DNA of 64,000 bases from Candidatus Danuiimicrobium aquiferis (GCA_001804285.1 MHFR01000013.1:8920-72919); one strand, 5' to 3'; numbered from the stretch's first letter, positions 1 to 10,876 are shown. Notes: a model not told the origin generated them from the letters alone. Numbers and translations are program-made.

Positions 1-2737
1 GACAAAAAAGCCGTTTGTCATTGTGATTCCGCCGCCCAATGTGACGGGAATCCTTCACATGGGCCATGCACTCAATAACACGATTCAGGATATTTTAATT
101 CGTTGGAAGCGAATGCAGGGAGTTCCCGTGCTTTGGGTTCCGGGGGTGGATCATGCCGGAATTGCGACACAGAATGTGGTGGAAAAGAAACTGGCCAAAG
201 AAGGAAAAACACGCCAACAAATTGGCCGGGAAAAATTTATTGAATCCGTTTGGAAATGGAAAGAAGAATATGGTTCAACGATTGTTCGGCAGCTTCGCCG
301 CCTTGGTTCTTCTTGCGATTGGACTCGCGAACGCTTTACGATGGACGAAAAACTGTCGCGTGCTGTTCGGGAATCGTTTGTCAGCCTTTATGAAAAAGAT
401 TTAATTTATCGCGGTAATTATATTATCAATTGGTGTCCGCGCTGCCATACGGCGCTTTCCGATGAAGAAGCGGTTCATAAAGAAATTCAGGGCTTTTTCT
501 ATTACATCAAATATCCAATCGACCCCAAAACGCCGGTCCATGGGCAAGATCATATTCTCATTGCAACAACGCGGCCTGAAACCATGCTCGGAGATACGGC
601 TGTTGCGGTCAATCCGAACGATGAACGCTTTAAAACGTTTGCCGGAAAGAGAGTCATTCTTCCGCTAATGAACCGTTCGATTCCGATTATTCAGGATGAA
701 TTTGTCGATCCGGAATTCGGGACCGGCCTTGTCAAAGTCACGCCGGCTCATGATCCCAACGACTTTGCGATGGGGAACCGCCATCAGCTTGAGTTCGTGA
801 ATATTCTGAATCCGGACGGAACGATTAATGAAAATGGCGGCAACTATCGCGGCCTCGACCGGTTTGAAGCGCGAAAGCGAGTGATTGAAGATCTTGAAAA
901 AGCCGGGCTGTTTGTCGAAAAAAAGCCGCATATCCATGCCGTCGGCCACTGTTACCGTTGCCACACGATGGTGGAGCCATATCTTTCGAAGCAGTGGTTT
1001 GTCCGGATGAAGCCGCTTGCCGAACCCGCAATCAAAGCAGCGCAAGACGGCCGAATTCAATTCATTCCCGAACGTTGGACGAAAGTTTATCTCAACTGGC
1101 TTGAAAATATCCGCGATTGGTGTATCTCCCGTCAAATTTGGTGGGGGCATCAAATTCCGGTATGGTATTGCCATGAGTGTGAAAAGCGCGGGAAAGTACC
1201 TGATAATTTGTCATCCCCGAATGCTTCTGTCGGGGATATACAGACATGTCCGCCACAAATCGTTGGCGGATCCGCCTCTGGCGGAGATTCCCGCTTTCGC
1301 GGGAATGACAGTCGTGCAGCTTCTATCAATGCCGGAATTATTGTTAGTCGTCAGGATCCGACTCAATGCCCAACATGCGGAGACAAAAATCTTATTCGCG
1401 ATCCGGATGTCCTCGACACGTGGTTTAGTTCATGGCTATGGCCATTTTCAACGCTCGGCTGGCCGGAGAAAACAAAAGACCTTCAATATTTTTATCCGAC
1501 TTCGACGCTTGTAACAGCACCTGAAATTATTTTCTTCTGGGTGGCACGGATGATTATGGCTGGTTTTCAATTTATGGAGAAAGAGCCGTTTGATACCGTG
1601 TTGATTCATGGGACCGTGCGTGTTGAAGGCGGCCAGAAAATGTCAAAGTCTCTTGGAAACAGCATTGATCCGCTTGAAATTATTGAAGAGATGAGCGCGG
1701 ATGCGCTCCGGTTTTCGCTGATGATGCTCGGTGCGACGGATGTTTACCTTTCACGGCAGAAATTCGAGCAAGGGCGGAATTTTACGAATAAAATCTGGAA
1801 TGCATTTCGATTTTGCGTGAATAATTTAGCTGATTTTAAACCGGAAGATTTCCGGCCGCTCGAAAAGATGTATGCAAAGGAATTCTCTGTGATAGACAAG
1901 TGGATTCTAACTGAATTGCAGGATGCGGCTGAGGAAATTGATACACATCTGGAAGAATGTCGCTTGAGCGAAGCGGCAAATTCGGTTTATCACTTTTTCT
2001 GGCATTCATTTTGTGATTGGTATCTCGAGTTGGCAAAGCCGGTGTTGATGGGAAATCAAACAGCGGAGAGAAAGGTGGTCCAAAATATTCTTGTTCATGT
2101 GCTTGAAACAAGCATGAAACTTTTGCATCCGTTTATGCCATTTATTACGGAAGAGGTGTGGCAGCGTTTGAAAGAATTAATCGGCGGCGAATATTTTGCG
2201 AACGAGACGGTGATGCTGGCCCGGTGGCCGTTTGCGGATCAGCGAATCCGGTTCGAAAAAGAAGCCAACGCGGTGCGGCTTTTTCAAGAGGCGGTGGGCG
2301 GTGTTCGGGACCTTCGATCGCGCCTTGGATTGAAACCCGCGGAGGAATTGAATGAAGTGACGATTGTGGTGAAAAACCATGAGGCGGAAGAGGCGCTGCG
2401 GACATTCCAAAAAGAAATTTGCTTTTTAAACCGCATTAAACACTTGTCATTATTTCAAACATTTGAAAAAAAGAGCGGAATGGTCGGGAAAGTTTATTCC
2501 CATATAGAGATTTTCGTTTCCGGCCTTTCGGAATCTGACCTGAAGAGGGAAGGCGAGAAAATCCGAGAAAAGATTGCGGAACTGGAGAAGCATATTCAAT
2601 CGATTAATGATCGTTTAGGGAGTGAACAATTTATTTCTCGAGCCCCTGAAGAAATTGTTGAAAAAGAAAAAGAGAGAAAAGAGGATTTTGAGAAGCAACT
2701 GGAGTCGTATCGGGAAAATCTAACGTTGTTTGGGTAA
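1..2737 (+). CDS. valS: Valyl-tRNA synthetase; 5' end truncated by the window edge (reading frame begins at nt 2)
   Basis: Class I aaRS HIGH motif (HMGH), KMSKS motif, DVLDTWFSS motif, anticodon-binding region and C-terminal coiled coil. Upstream in-frame codons encode TKKPFVIV before the listed Met. Confidence 0.92.
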   Translation, partial: TKKPFVIVIPPPNVTGILHMGHALNNTIQDILIRWKRMQGVPVLWVPGVDHAGIATQNVVEKKLAKEGKTRQQIGREKFIESVWKWKEEYGSTIVRQLRRLGSSCDWTRERFTMDEKLSRAVRESFVSLYEKDLIYRGNYIINWCPRCHTALSDEEAVHKEIQGFFYYIKYPIDPKTPVHGQDHILIATTRPETMLGDTAVAVNPNDERFKTFAGKRVILPLMNRSIPIIQDEFVDPEFGTGLVKVTPAHDPNDFAMGNRHQLEFVNILNPDGTINENGGNYRGLDRFEARKRVIEDLEKAGLFVEKKPHIHAVGHCYRCHTMVEPYLSKQWFVRMKPLAEPAIKAAQDGRIQFIPERWTKVYLNWLENIRDWCISRQIWWGHQIPVWYCHECEKRGKVPDNLSSPNASVGDIQTCPPQIVGGSASGGDSRFRGNDSRAASINAGIIVSRQDPTQCPTCGDKNLIRDPDVLDTWFSSWLWPFSTLGWPEKTKDLQYFYPTSTLVTAPEIIFFWVARMIMAGFQFMEKEPFDTVLIHGTVRVEGGQKMSKSLGNSIDPLEIIEEMSADALRFSLMMLGATDVYLSRQKFEQGRNFTNKIWNAFRFCVNNLADFKPEDFRPLEKMYAKEFSVIDKWILTELQDAAEEIDTHLEECRLSEAANSVYHFFWHSFCDWYLELAKPVLMGNQTAERKVVQNILVHVLETSMKLLHPFMPFITEEVWQRLKELIGGEYFANETVMLARWPFADQRIRFEKEANAVRLFQEAVGGVRDLRSRLGLKPAEELNEVTIVVKNHEAEEALRTFQKEICFLNRIKHLSLFQTFEKKSGMVGKVYSHIEIFVSGLSESDLKREGEKIREKIAELEKHIQSINDRLGSEQFISRAPEEIVEKEKERKEDFEKQLESYRENLTLFG
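1262..1312. repeat. Intragenic REP-like insertion (family B palindrome followed by a family A hairpin unit) in-frame inside valS
   Basis: ggcggatccgcc..tggcggag followed by gattcccgctttcgcgggaatgaca. The same motifs are otherwise intergenic (3697, 12621, 16026, 16396, 19506, 20893, 22699). The 51 nt translate as the low-complexity [20 protein letters not shown]. Confidence 0.6.
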
Positions 2738-2747
2738 ATGCAGAAAT

Positions 2748-2778
2748 GTAGGGGCAATTCATGAATTGCCCCTGCTAC
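2748..2778. terminator. Family D perfect palindrome GGGGCAATTCATGAATTGCCCC immediately after the valS stop; likely intrinsic terminator
   Basis: 22 bp perfect palindrome, extended by flanking gta/tac. An identical copy lies at 14397-14418 after ilvC. Confidence 0.5.
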
Positions 2779-2796
2779 TAAGCACAAAGGAATTCC

Positions 2797-3654
2797 ATGC
2801 TGATCATTTCAAGTAAACTCAACACATTAATTCGCGAAGCGCTCCGGGAAGATGTCGGAAAGGGCGACTTGACGACAAAGATTTTCGTTTCGCCGCGTCT
2901 TCGGGCAGAAGCTCATATTTTTGCGAAACAATCGGGTGTATTATGCGGGGAATCCGTTTTGAGAAATGTGTTTGCGCATGTCAATCCTCATCTGGAAATT
3001 TCGGTCCGGGTTAAAGACGGAGACCTTTTGCGTGAAGGGGAGGAAGTGTTTGTGATTCGCGGGTCCCTGCGATCGATCTTGATCGGAGAACGCGTAGCGC
3101 TTAATTTTATCAGTCATCTGTCCGGTGTTGCGACCTTGACGCGCAAATATGTCGAAAAAGTAAAAGGAACAAACGCTCAAATTTACGATACGAGAAAAAC
3201 AACGCCGCTTTGGCGCGAGCTCGAAAAATATGCAGTCCGTTCGGGCGGCGGGACGAATCACCGAATCGGCCTGGACGACCAGGTATTGATTAAGGAAAAT
3301 CATTGGCGTTCGATTACGAATGATAAAGTGATTAGGAGAAAAATCAACGAAGCAAAAAAGAAAAAATTCACCGAAATCGAAGTTCGTGATCTTAATGAGT
3401 TGAGGTGTGTGCTTCCTGCAAAGCCACATGCGATTTTGTTTGATAATTTTTCGCTGGGTAAATTAAAAGAAGGTGTTCAAATAGCCAAACGTTTTCATCC
3501 GACTCCGGTTCTTGAGGCGTCGGGCGGTGTATCACTTGAAAACGTTCGCGCGATCGCGAAAACGGGTGTTGACCGGATTTCGATCGGGGCATTAACTCAT
3601 TCTGCGCCCGCATTTGATTTTTCTCTTCTTGTCCGCGATATTCATTCCAAATAA
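2797..3654 (+). CDS. nadC: Nicotinate-nucleotide pyrophosphorylase (quinolinate phosphoribosyltransferase)
   Basis: About 285 aa. N-terminal REDVGKGDLTT motif and overall QPRTase layout. Confidence 0.8.
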   Translation: MLIISSKLNTLIREALREDVGKGDLTTKIFVSPRLRAEAHIFAKQSGVLCGESVLRNVFAHVNPHLEISVRVKDGDLLREGEEVFVIRGSLRSILIGERVALNFISHLSGVATLTRKYVEKVKGTNAQIYDTRKTTPLWRELEKYAVRSGGGTNHRIGLDDQVLIKENHWRSITNDKVIRRKINEAKKKKFTEIEVRDLNELRCVLPAKPHAILFDNFSLGKLKEGVQIAKRFHPTPVLEASGGVSLENVRAIAKTGVDRISIGALTHSAPAFDFSLLVRDIHSK

Positions 3655-3696
3655 CTTTGTACTTCTCCCCCTTGATGGGGGAGTCCTCCTAACAAG

Positions 3697-3726
3697 CTGG
3701 CGGATCCGCCGTCCTGTTGGGCGGAG
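3697..3726. repeat. Family B repeat (CTGGCGGATCCGCC ... TGGGCGGAG) in the nadC-uvrB spacer, flanked by GC-rich hairpins
   Basis: Same motif as at 1265, 13295 and 20893. Flanked by hairpins ctcccccttgatgggggag (3665-3683) and ccttcccccgcaaaggaggggaagg, which overlaps the uvrB RBS. Confidence 0.5.
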
Positions 3727-3806
3727 AAAAAGGTGGGGGTGAAATAATGTTCCACCCCGCATCCTTGCCTTCCCCCGCAAAGGAGGGGAAGGAGTTTTGA
3801 GGTGAT

Positions 3807-5843
3807 ATGTCTCTTTTTAAATTGACCACTAACATGACGCCTTGCGGAGATCAGCCCAAGGCCATTGAAAAACTTTTCCGAGGGTTAAAAGAGGGGCTCA
3901 AAGAACAAGTCCTGATCGGTGTGACCGGTTCCGGAAAAACCTTTACGATGGCGAATGTGATTGCCCGTTGGGGAAAACCCGTGCTGGTCATTTCTCACAA
4001 CAAGACACTTGCCGCGCAGCTTTATAGTGAATTTAAAGAATTCTTTCCGGAAAACGCAGTGGAATATTTTGTTTCCTATTACGATTATTACCAGCCTGAA
4101 GCCTATATTCCTCACACGGATACGTATATTGAAAAGGATGCTTCCATTAATGATGATTTGGACCGCCTCAGGCTTGCCGCAACGAGTTCGGTTCTATCAC
4201 GCCAGGATGTGATTATTGTTTCCAGCGTTTCCTGTATTTACGGGTTGGGTTCGCCCGAGGAATGGCGGGGGATGTTGCTCCAAATCAAAGTGAATCAATC
4301 TATAATCCGCGACCAATTTTTATCGCAGTTGATTGGTATTCAATACGAACGGGCGGACACCGATTTAAAACGTGGCGCGTTTCGTGTGAGAGGTAATGTC
4401 ATCGACCTTTTTCCTTCCTATGGGGAACAGCCGTACCGGATTTATTTTTCGGGAGACCGGATTTCGGAAATCAAACTGATGGATCCCGTCGGAAGAAAAG
4501 AAATTGGAACTCTCGGCAAGTTTGCCATTTATCCGGCAAAACATTTTGTCAGTTCGACTGAAAATATCGAGCGTGCTATGAAATCGATTCAAATCGAATT
4601 AGCCGAACGGGTGAAAGAATTAGTGAGCCAGGGAAAAGATCTCGAAGCGAAACGGCTGGAGTCGCGGACGCGTTATGATCTTGAAATGCTCCGGGAGGTC
4701 GGATATACCGCCGGGGTTGAAAACTATTCCCGCCATTTGGCCGGCCGCGCGCCGGGTTCAAAACCGTATACGCTTCTTGACTATTTTCCAAAAGATTTTT
4801 TGATGATCATTGATGAGTCGCATCAAACGATTCCGCAGATTCGAGGGATGTATGCCGGCGACCAGTCGCGAAAGAAAATATTGGTTGAACACGGTTTCCG
4901 TTTGCCGTCGGCGCTCGACAACCGTCCGCTCAATTTTGGTGAATTTGAGCAAATGATGGGGCAGATGGTTTATGTTTCCGCGACGCCGTCTGAATATGAA
5001 ATGAAACACGCGAGCCAAGCCGTTGAACAAGTCATTCGCCCGACGGGGCTTTTAGACCCCGCAGTTGAAGTCAAACCAACGGAAGGTCAAATCGACGATT
5101 TGATTGAACAAATTAAGGTGCGGGCTCAAAAGAATGAACGTACGCTCGTGACAACGCTCACCAAGCGGATGGCGGAAGATCTAAGCCGGTATTTAAAAGA
5201 AGTCGGAATTAAAGTGAATTACCTTCATTCGGAATTTGACGCGTTTGAACGGGTCGAGATTTTGCGGGATTTTCGAATGAAAAAATATGACTGCATTGTG
5301 GGAATTAATCTGCTTCGCGAAGGCCTTGATCTTCCGGAAGTCTCGCTGGTTGCTATTTTGGATGCGGATAAAGAAGGGTTCCTCCGGAGCGATGTTTCGC
5401 TCATTCAAACGATGGGACGGGCGGCACGCCACCTGAATGGCGCTGTGATCATGTACGCCGATCAGATGACCGATTCCATGAAGACGGCAATTCATGAGAC
5501 GCGCCGTCGCCGTGCGATTCAGGAAGAGTTTAATCGCCGGAACGGCATTACGCCGCAGTCGATCAGAAAAGAAATTAAATTGGGAATTGAACGTTGGCGC
5601 GCGGCGGAAGAAATAGTTGAAAGCGTGGTTGGTGAGTCGAAAGCTGAATACGAGGTGAAATCGCATATCGCTTATTTATACGACCGGATGGTTCGCGCTT
5701 CGAGCGCGCTTGATTTCGAAAAAGCCGTCCGTCTTCGGGATGAAATCCGACGGCTTGAAGAGGAACATGGTTTGGAAAAAGGAACGATGTTGAAGCCTGC
5801 GAAGAAAGAGCATCGTTTCAAACGGTCTAAAAAGGCTCAATGA
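3807..5843 (+). CDS. uvrB: Excinuclease ABC subunit B
   Basis: Walker [13 protein letters not shown], helicase motifs, C-terminal UVR coiled-coil domain, about 678 aa. Confidence 0.93.
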   Translation: MSLFKLTTNMTPCGDQPKAIEKLFRGLKEGLKEQVLIGVTGSGKTFTMANVIARWGKPVLVISHNKTLAAQLYSEFKEFFPENAVEYFVSYYDYYQPEAYIPHTDTYIEKDASINDDLDRLRLAATSSVLSRQDVIIVSSVSCIYGLGSPEEWRGMLLQIKVNQSIIRDQFLSQLIGIQYERADTDLKRGAFRVRGNVIDLFPSYGEQPYRIYFSGDRISEIKLMDPVGRKEIGTLGKFAIYPAKHFVSSTENIERAMKSIQIELAERVKELVSQGKDLEAKRLESRTRYDLEMLREVGYTAGVENYSRHLAGRAPGSKPYTLLDYFPKDFLMIIDESHQTIPQIRGMYAGDQSRKKILVEHGFRLPSALDNRPLNFGEFEQMMGQMVYVSATPSEYEMKHASQAVEQVIRPTGLLDPAVEVKPTEGQIDDLIEQIKVRAQKNERTLVTTLTKRMAEDLSRYLKEVGIKVNYLHSEFDAFERVEILRDFRMKKYDCIVGINLLREGLDLPEVSLVAILDADKEGFLRSDVSLIQTMGRAARHLNGAVIMYADQMTDSMKTAIHETRRRRAIQEEFNRRNGITPQSIRKEIKLGIERWRAAEEIVESVVGESKAEYEVKSHIAYLYDRMVRASSALDFEKAVRLRDEIRRLEEEHGLEKGTMLKPAKKEHRFKRSKKAQ

Positions 5844-5845
5844 CT

Positions 5846-5966
5846 AAATTCCAATGACCAGATCCCAATGACGCAAAGAAATCTCAAAATTTCAACTTCC
5901 AATATTTTGAATTTTAAGTTTTTTTGGAAATTCCTTGGTCATTGGGATTTGGTCATTGGTCATTTA
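5846..5966. repeat. Family C MITE-like element copy 1 (terminal inverted repeats AATTCCAATGACCA...CCAATGAC / GGTCATTGGG..TGGTCATTGGTCATT)
   Basis: About 120 bp, AT-rich core, imperfect terminal inverted repeats. A second copy lies at 20786-20880, also directly after a stop codon. Confidence 0.5.
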
Positions 5967-5991
5967 GTACATCATTCACGGCCCAAACGAT

Positions 5992-6020
5992 TTGACATTG
6001 CCAGATGATGGCGGTATGAT
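5992..6020 (+). promoter_or_regulatory. Sigma70-like promoter upstream of eda (TTGACA-17-TATGAT)
   Basis: ttgaca at 5992-5997, 17 nt spacer, tatgat at 6015-6020, about 40 nt before the eda start. Confidence 0.4.
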
Positions 6021-6060
6021 ACGCGCCGTCAGATCAAAGAGGAGAAAGGTTCTATAAAGG

Positions 6061-6708
6061 ATGGCCGATCCGATAAAAGTATTTGATGATTTAAAAATCA
6101 TTGGAGTGATTCGAACCAGCGATCATGGTGATGCTGAAACGGTGGCGAAGAGTTTAATTGACGGGGGCGTTCGGATTATTGAAATCACCTCACATGTTCC
6201 TCAGGCGGCGAAGCTCATCGAGAGCCTTTCTAAACAACCCGATCTTTATGTGGGTTTTGGGTCCGCAACCGACGGCGAAACCGCATTCCGCGCAATCAAT
6301 GCCGGTGCAAAATTTATCAGCAGTCATTATACGGATAAGAATATTATCGCGATTTGCAAGAACCACGATATTACGCTGATCCAGGGCGCGGCGACCATCA
6401 ATGAAGTGATGCAAGCGTTTGAGCTCGGTGTTGATTTGATTAAAATTTATCCTGCCAGTTTTCTCGGGGGCGTGCCGTATATCCGGCGCATCCGGCGTTC
6501 GTTTCCGTTTTTAAAACTTGTTCCTTCGGGCGATGTGAATTTGGAAACGTTTCCGGAATATTTGCGCGCCGGCGCCGTTGCCTGCGAGATCGGAAATGCG
6601 ATTTGTGACCGGAGTCATATCCGTCTGCATCAATGGAATGAAATCACCAATGCCGCCAAGGCGTTTGTCCAGAAAGTCGAAACCCTCAAAGTTGCCCGCT
6701 CGTCATAA
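6061..6708 (+). CDS. eda: KDPG / 4-hydroxy-2-oxoglutarate aldolase
   Basis: About 215 aa. GGVRIIEIT block, conserved KIYPA Schiff-base lysine context, TIM-barrel Eda layout. Confidence 0.75.
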   Translation: MADPIKVFDDLKIIGVIRTSDHGDAETVAKSLIDGGVRIIEITSHVPQAAKLIESLSKQPDLYVGFGSATDGETAFRAINAGAKFISSHYTDKNIIAICKNHDITLIQGAATINEVMQAFELGVDLIKIYPASFLGGVPYIRRIRRSFPFLKLVPSGDVNLETFPEYLRAGAVACEIGNAICDRSHIRLHQWNEITNAAKAFVQKVETLKVARSS

Positions 6709-6850
6709 AGAGATTTCTAACTCAAACGGCCTTCCTAAAATGTTTTAATATGCACGGTTAAGGTTGTAAGATTCTCGAATTATTTTCCTCCTGAATTTGC
6801 AGCTCGATTCTTTATCAGGTATCCTTTTTTTAGAAACCTAAAGGCGAGCG

Positions 6851-8959
6851 GTGAAATTCATCTCATTTGATTCAAGTGTCTGCCAGAATTTCGAAAAAAC
6901 ACTTCATAAAGAGTGGCTCGAAATTAATTGTTTCGGAAGCTACGCATCTTCAACGCTTTGCGGTGCGAATACCCGCCGACAACACGGCCTTTTTGTTCCC
7001 GCGCTTTCGCCGCCATTAAAGCATCGTGTGCTTCTTCATAATCTGGATGAACGCCTCATGCTTGCGGACAACGCATATTCTTTATCAACTCATGTTTACG
7101 CGAATACGGTTTTTCCGGAAGGATATCAATATCTCGAAGAGTTTTTTATGTTTCCATATCCGACGTGGATTTTCCGCATTGAAGATATCGTGCTTGCGAA
7201 AAGCGTGATTTTTCTCCATGAAGAACAAACGGTATTTATCCGGTATCAGATTGTTTCCGGAGATGCCGATTGGGTGCGTTTGGAATTAAAACCCTTGACG
7301 GCATTCCGTCCGTATCCGGTTCACGAAGTCGGAAGTTATCTCGTTTATTCCAAAATGGATATTTCACACGGAACAATTGCGATGGGCTCTTCCGTTGATG
7401 AAGCCAAATTGTTTTTATATCACAATGCGGCAATTATTGATCAAACCGGGACATGGTATAAAAAAATTCATTATCCCGAGGACCGGCAGTGCGGCCTTGA
7501 GTTTGAAGAAAATTTGTATGCGCCGTGCCGGTTGGTTTACACGTTTGTTCGCGGTGGAACGGTTTTTTTATGTGCATCATTAAATAAAAAAACATCATTT
7601 GATCCGGCGATGCTGATTGCCCGCGAAGAAGAAAGGCGAATGCAACTTTTAAATCAAATTCCTGCGACGGATGATTGTTTCCGCTTGCTGGCCTATTCCG
7701 CCGAGTCGCTGGTTATGCATAACCAATCAGCGATTCATGAACCGGGTGCGCGAAAAGGAAAGAGTGCGGCGCATGTTTTGATTCCCGAACAGATGGTTTT
7801 GACCAATTATCCCAATCCGGAAATGAAAATCCGGGATTTATTGATTGGTTTTCACGGTCTTTTTTTAACGCGTGGGCAGCTCAATCCGGCGAGGCAAGTT
7901 CTATCCTATTTAGCTTCTCTGGTTGATGATGGTCTTCTGCCAAAAAGAATCACGGACGAATTTGAGCCGGTTGAATTTAATGCGGTGGACTTGCCACTCT
8001 GGTTTATTCACGTCTGTTATGAGTATTTCCGCTATTTCAATGATCGCGAAACAGTATCAAAAATCATTTTTCCGGTTCTTGAATCTATCGTGAAAGAATT
8101 TGTCAAAGGGACTCGTTTTAATATTCAAATGACGCGCGACGGCCTGATTTCATGCCGGGATGAAGATTCTGAACTTACGTGGATGGATTTTAAACTGGGT
8201 GATTTTGTGATTACGCCTCGCCCCGGAATGGCGGTGGAAATCCAAGCGCTTTGGTACAATGCCCTATGTGAGATGGCGGTGATGGCTGAGGTGTTTGAAT
8301 CAGCCGATTCACAGAAGAAATATGTGGTATTGGCGAAACAAGCAAAGAAGGTATTCAATCAAGCATTCTGGTTTGACATTCCGAAAGGGAATAAACACGT
8401 CCAGGCCGGCGGATATTTATTGGACACAATTTTTGAAAAAAAGAAATCCAATGTGCTCCGTCCGAATCAAATTTTGGCGTTGGGGTTGCCGTTCCCCATT
8501 TTGGATGAAAATATTGCAAATTGGAAATCTGTGGTGGACGTTGTAAAGCAGCATCTCTTAACGCCTGTGGGACTTCGGACGCTTGCGCCGTTTGAAGAAG
8601 GATATCAACGCAAACACAACGGTAGCGAGTTTCAGCGGGCCTATTCCTGTTTCCAAGGAACCGTCCGGCCGTGGCTTCTTGTGCCGTATGTTATTGCCGC
8701 AATTCGTGTTGAAGGAAATACAAAAGCGATCAAAGAGGAATTGGCGAGTTATTTTAAGCCGTTTTGCGAACAGGTGATGACCAGAGGCCTGGGTTTTATT
8801 TCAGAAAGCTTTGACGGCGAGCCGCCTCATGAAGCGCGCGGCGCTTTGGCCGCCGCGTCCAGTTTAGGTGCCTGCCTCGAACTCCAGGAAATCCTGAAAA
8901 ACCATTCCTGCAATCCCAACCGCGCCTACGACCTATCTCTCATTCAGCTGAAGAGTTAG
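6851..8959 (+). CDS. Glycogen debranching enzyme, amylo-alpha-1,6-glucosidase family (GDE_N_bact + GDE_C)
   Basis: About 702 aa, GTG start. Bacterial/archaeal GDE architecture, six-hairpin glycosidase-like C-terminal half. Confidence 0.65.
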   Translation: MKFISFDSSVCQNFEKTLHKEWLEINCFGSYASSTLCGANTRRQHGLFVPALSPPLKHRVLLHNLDERLMLADNAYSLSTHVYANTVFPEGYQYLEEFFMFPYPTWIFRIEDIVLAKSVIFLHEEQTVFIRYQIVSGDADWVRLELKPLTAFRPYPVHEVGSYLVYSKMDISHGTIAMGSSVDEAKLFLYHNAAIIDQTGTWYKKIHYPEDRQCGLEFEENLYAPCRLVYTFVRGGTVFLCASLNKKTSFDPAMLIAREEERRMQLLNQIPATDDCFRLLAYSAESLVMHNQSAIHEPGARKGKSAAHVLIPEQMVLTNYPNPEMKIRDLLIGFHGLFLTRGQLNPARQVLSYLASLVDDGLLPKRITDEFEPVEFNAVDLPLWFIHVCYEYFRYFNDRETVSKIIFPVLESIVKEFVKGTRFNIQMTRDGLISCRDEDSELTWMDFKLGDFVITPRPGMAVEIQALWYNALCEMAVMAEVFESADSQKKYVVLAKQAKKVFNQAFWFDIPKGNKHVQAGGYLLDTIFEKKKSNVLRPNQILALGLPFPILDENIANWKSVVDVVKQHLLTPVGLRTLAPFEEGYQRKHNGSEFQRAYSCFQGTVRPWLLVPYVIAAIRVEGNTKAIKEELASYFKPFCEQVMTRGLGFISESFDGEPPHEARGALAAASSLGACLELQEILKNHSCNPNRAYDLSLIQLKS

Positions 8960-8989
8960 CCCGGATTTCCCATCAGTTAATAAGAAATT

Positions 8990-9058
8990 CCGCTTTGGGC
9001 GCAATTGGTTGCACCCAAAGCGACTTTCTCAGTGATGCAAAAAACCGATGAGAAAGTC
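8990..9058. terminator. Two consecutive hairpins downstream of the debranching-enzyme gene
   Basis: ccgctttgggcgcaattggttgcacccaaagcg and gactttctcagtgatgcaaaaaaccgatgagaaagtc (perfect 10 bp stem). Confidence 0.35.
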
Positions 9059-9297
9059 GGGTTAGATGCCTAAGCAACTTTTTCTTTCCGAACTTATTTT
9101 TACAGCTTAGACATGTTTGACAATAAAAGGCTTTGTTGATACAATTAAGTCGTGTTTTCATCATAAGTTACGAAGTTTTTATATTAGAGTAAGGAATTTG
9201 GATTAAAAATTGCGAATTCTCCCCGCATGCAGTTTTATTTTCCTCATGAATTGCCGGGACAATTCGCGTTTTTAGTCTTTAACCCTAAATAAAAAAC

Positions 9298-10098
9298 ATG
9301 ATTAAGAAGACCGCAATTGTATTTGTTTTATCGTTGATTATTCTCTTAACTTCTTACCGGTTAGCTTCCGCAACCTTTTTTGGAGAAGTGGAAACGGGCC
9401 TTCATCATAATGAAGAAGACCGGTATGGTTTTTCGTATTATATTCCCAAGAATTATTCTTCCGACCGGTTATGGCCGCTTATGATTGCACTTCATGACAG
9501 CGGTGGAAAAGGAAAGGACTATATTCAGGCGTGGATTGATTATGCCGAACAGCGCGGTGTCATTCTCCTGTGTCCGACTTATCAGGAGCCGCGGGAAGTT
9601 TCGTATGATATTGATAAACGGTTGCTGAATTTAATTACGGACTTGAAATCCAGATATGAAGTATATCCCTCACGGATTTGGATTGTAGGTTCCGGTTTCG
9701 GCGGGCATTATGGATTTTATTTGGGAACAAAGTATCCGAAGGAGTTTACCGCATCTGCCTCGATCGGAAATGGGTTGGAAGGAATATTGTCGAAAGTGTT
9801 TAATCTTTCTTATGCGGAAGTGAATAAAGTACCGGCGCTTGTGATCGTTGCTGCTGGCAGTTTTGCGTCTCAGAAAGACAGTCAGGCAAAACTGGAAGAG
9901 TTAAAGTCACAGGGTTATTCTGTTGAAGTGGTTGAGATGGACAACTTAGACCGGGCGCAACCGGCTGATATTTATCCTTATATTTTTGATTGGTTTATCC
10001 AAACCGCAAAACTCAGAGAAAAAGGAAAATCTGTTCGGTCCGGTGTGGTTAAGGAAAAGTTTCTCGAGTGGGTTGACGGATTGTTTCAAACGGAATAG
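9298..10098 (+). CDS. Secreted alpha/beta-hydrolase-fold protein (PHB-depolymerase / COG4099-like esterase family); apparent catalytically inactive paralogue
   Basis: Signal peptide MIKKTAIVFVLSLIILLTSYRLASA and HDSGG oxyanion region. The nucleophile-elbow position reads GSGFGG instead of GxSxGG, and the C-terminal GH of the triad is absent. Confidence 0.55.
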   Translation: MIKKTAIVFVLSLIILLTSYRLASATFFGEVETGLHHNEEDRYGFSYYIPKNYSSDRLWPLMIALHDSGGKGKDYIQAWIDYAEQRGVILLCPTYQEPREVSYDIDKRLLNLITDLKSRYEVYPSRIWIVGSGFGGHYGFYLGTKYPKEFTASASIGNGLEGILSKVFNLSYAEVNKVPALVIVAAGSFASQKDSQAKLEELKSQGYSVEVVEMDNLDRAQPADIYPYIFDWFIQTAKLREKGKSVRSGVVKEKFLEWVDGLFQTE

Positions 10099-10104
10099 TG
10101 GCAC

Positions 10105-10872
10105 TTGAATAAAGTCAAAAGATCGGGTTCGCTTACGATGCGATACCGCTTACGGATTAGCGTGTTTCTTATATCTGGTTTTATGTTAAGCGGTTGCGTT
10201 CTTTCATTGAATCAAGGCTGGTTCGCTTCGAAAATTGATTCAGCCGGAAAATCTCCCGTGTCCGTTGCTTATTTCAATCCAAGGGCTATTCCAAAAACGT
10301 TTGCCGGTGAATCGGTGATCGTGTTGTTTCATCCGGCCGGGACGGACGGCGAAGAATATCTCGATGGCTGGATGGATGAAGCAAAAAAAGGAAAATATTT
10401 TTTTGCGGCGCCAACAATTGAATTTGATCCAGTTTACTGGACCCAGGGATATCAAGATCAGCTTTTCAGCGAACTTGAAAGGCTGTCCGGGAAATATCAG
10501 CTTGTGCGTGACGGAGCGTTCTTTGTCGGATCTTCTTTTGGCGCAAATTATGGATTTGAAGCAGCGCTGGCAAAACCGGGAAAGTTTCACGGCGGGATTT
10601 TTTTGAATGGTTCGCTTGGCCGCTATTTGGATGCGATCCGACGGTTTCCGGGACGAACTATTGATGCGCCGGTGTTGTTGGTTTGGGGCTCGGAAGACCC
10701 AAATCTGGATCCGGAAGGCAATGAAAAGGCGCGTGCGATTTTTGAGAAAGCGGGTATTAAAAATATTAGTTTTGAAATCATTCAAGGGCTTGGGCATGCG
10801 GAAGATCCTTTTGTGAAAAAAGAATTAATGGATTTAATTGATGCAAAATTAAATAAAATGGAGAGGGCTTAG
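10105..10872 (+). CDS. Lipoprotein alpha/beta-hydrolase (same esterase family, intact catalytic motifs)
   Basis: Lipobox LSGC, HPAGTDG block, nucleophile elbow GSSFG, C-terminal GLGHAEDPF. Tandem paralogue of the upstream gene. Confidence 0.6.
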   Translation: MNKVKRSGSLTMRYRLRISVFLISGFMLSGCVLSLNQGWFASKIDSAGKSPVSVAYFNPRAIPKTFAGESVIVLFHPAGTDGEEYLDGWMDEAKKGKYFFAAPTIEFDPVYWTQGYQDQLFSELERLSGKYQLVRDGAFFVGSSFGANYGFEAALAKPGKFHGGIFLNGSLGRYLDAIRRFPGRTIDAPVLLVWGSEDPNLDPEGNEKARAIFEKAGIKNISFEIIQGLGHAEDPFVKKELMDLIDAKLNKMERA

Positions 10873-10876
10873 TAAA

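Noticed and set aside
665-1174. 169 aa minus-strand ORF (and other antisense ORFs at 825-1031, 1836-2111, 2145-2405) inside valS
   Set aside because: Fully embedded antisense to a strongly supported, motif-rich valS reading frame. Typical spurious ORFs in GC-balanced coding DNA.
9208-9268. Additional family A/family D repeat copy upstream of the first esterase gene
   Set aside because: Only degenerate fragments (ctccccgcatgc, catgaattgcc) are present. Too diverged to call a repeat unit confidently.
10240-10797. 185 aa minus-strand ORF antisense to the second esterase gene
   Set aside because: Embedded in a plus-strand gene with intact signal peptide and catalytic motifs. No motif support of its own.
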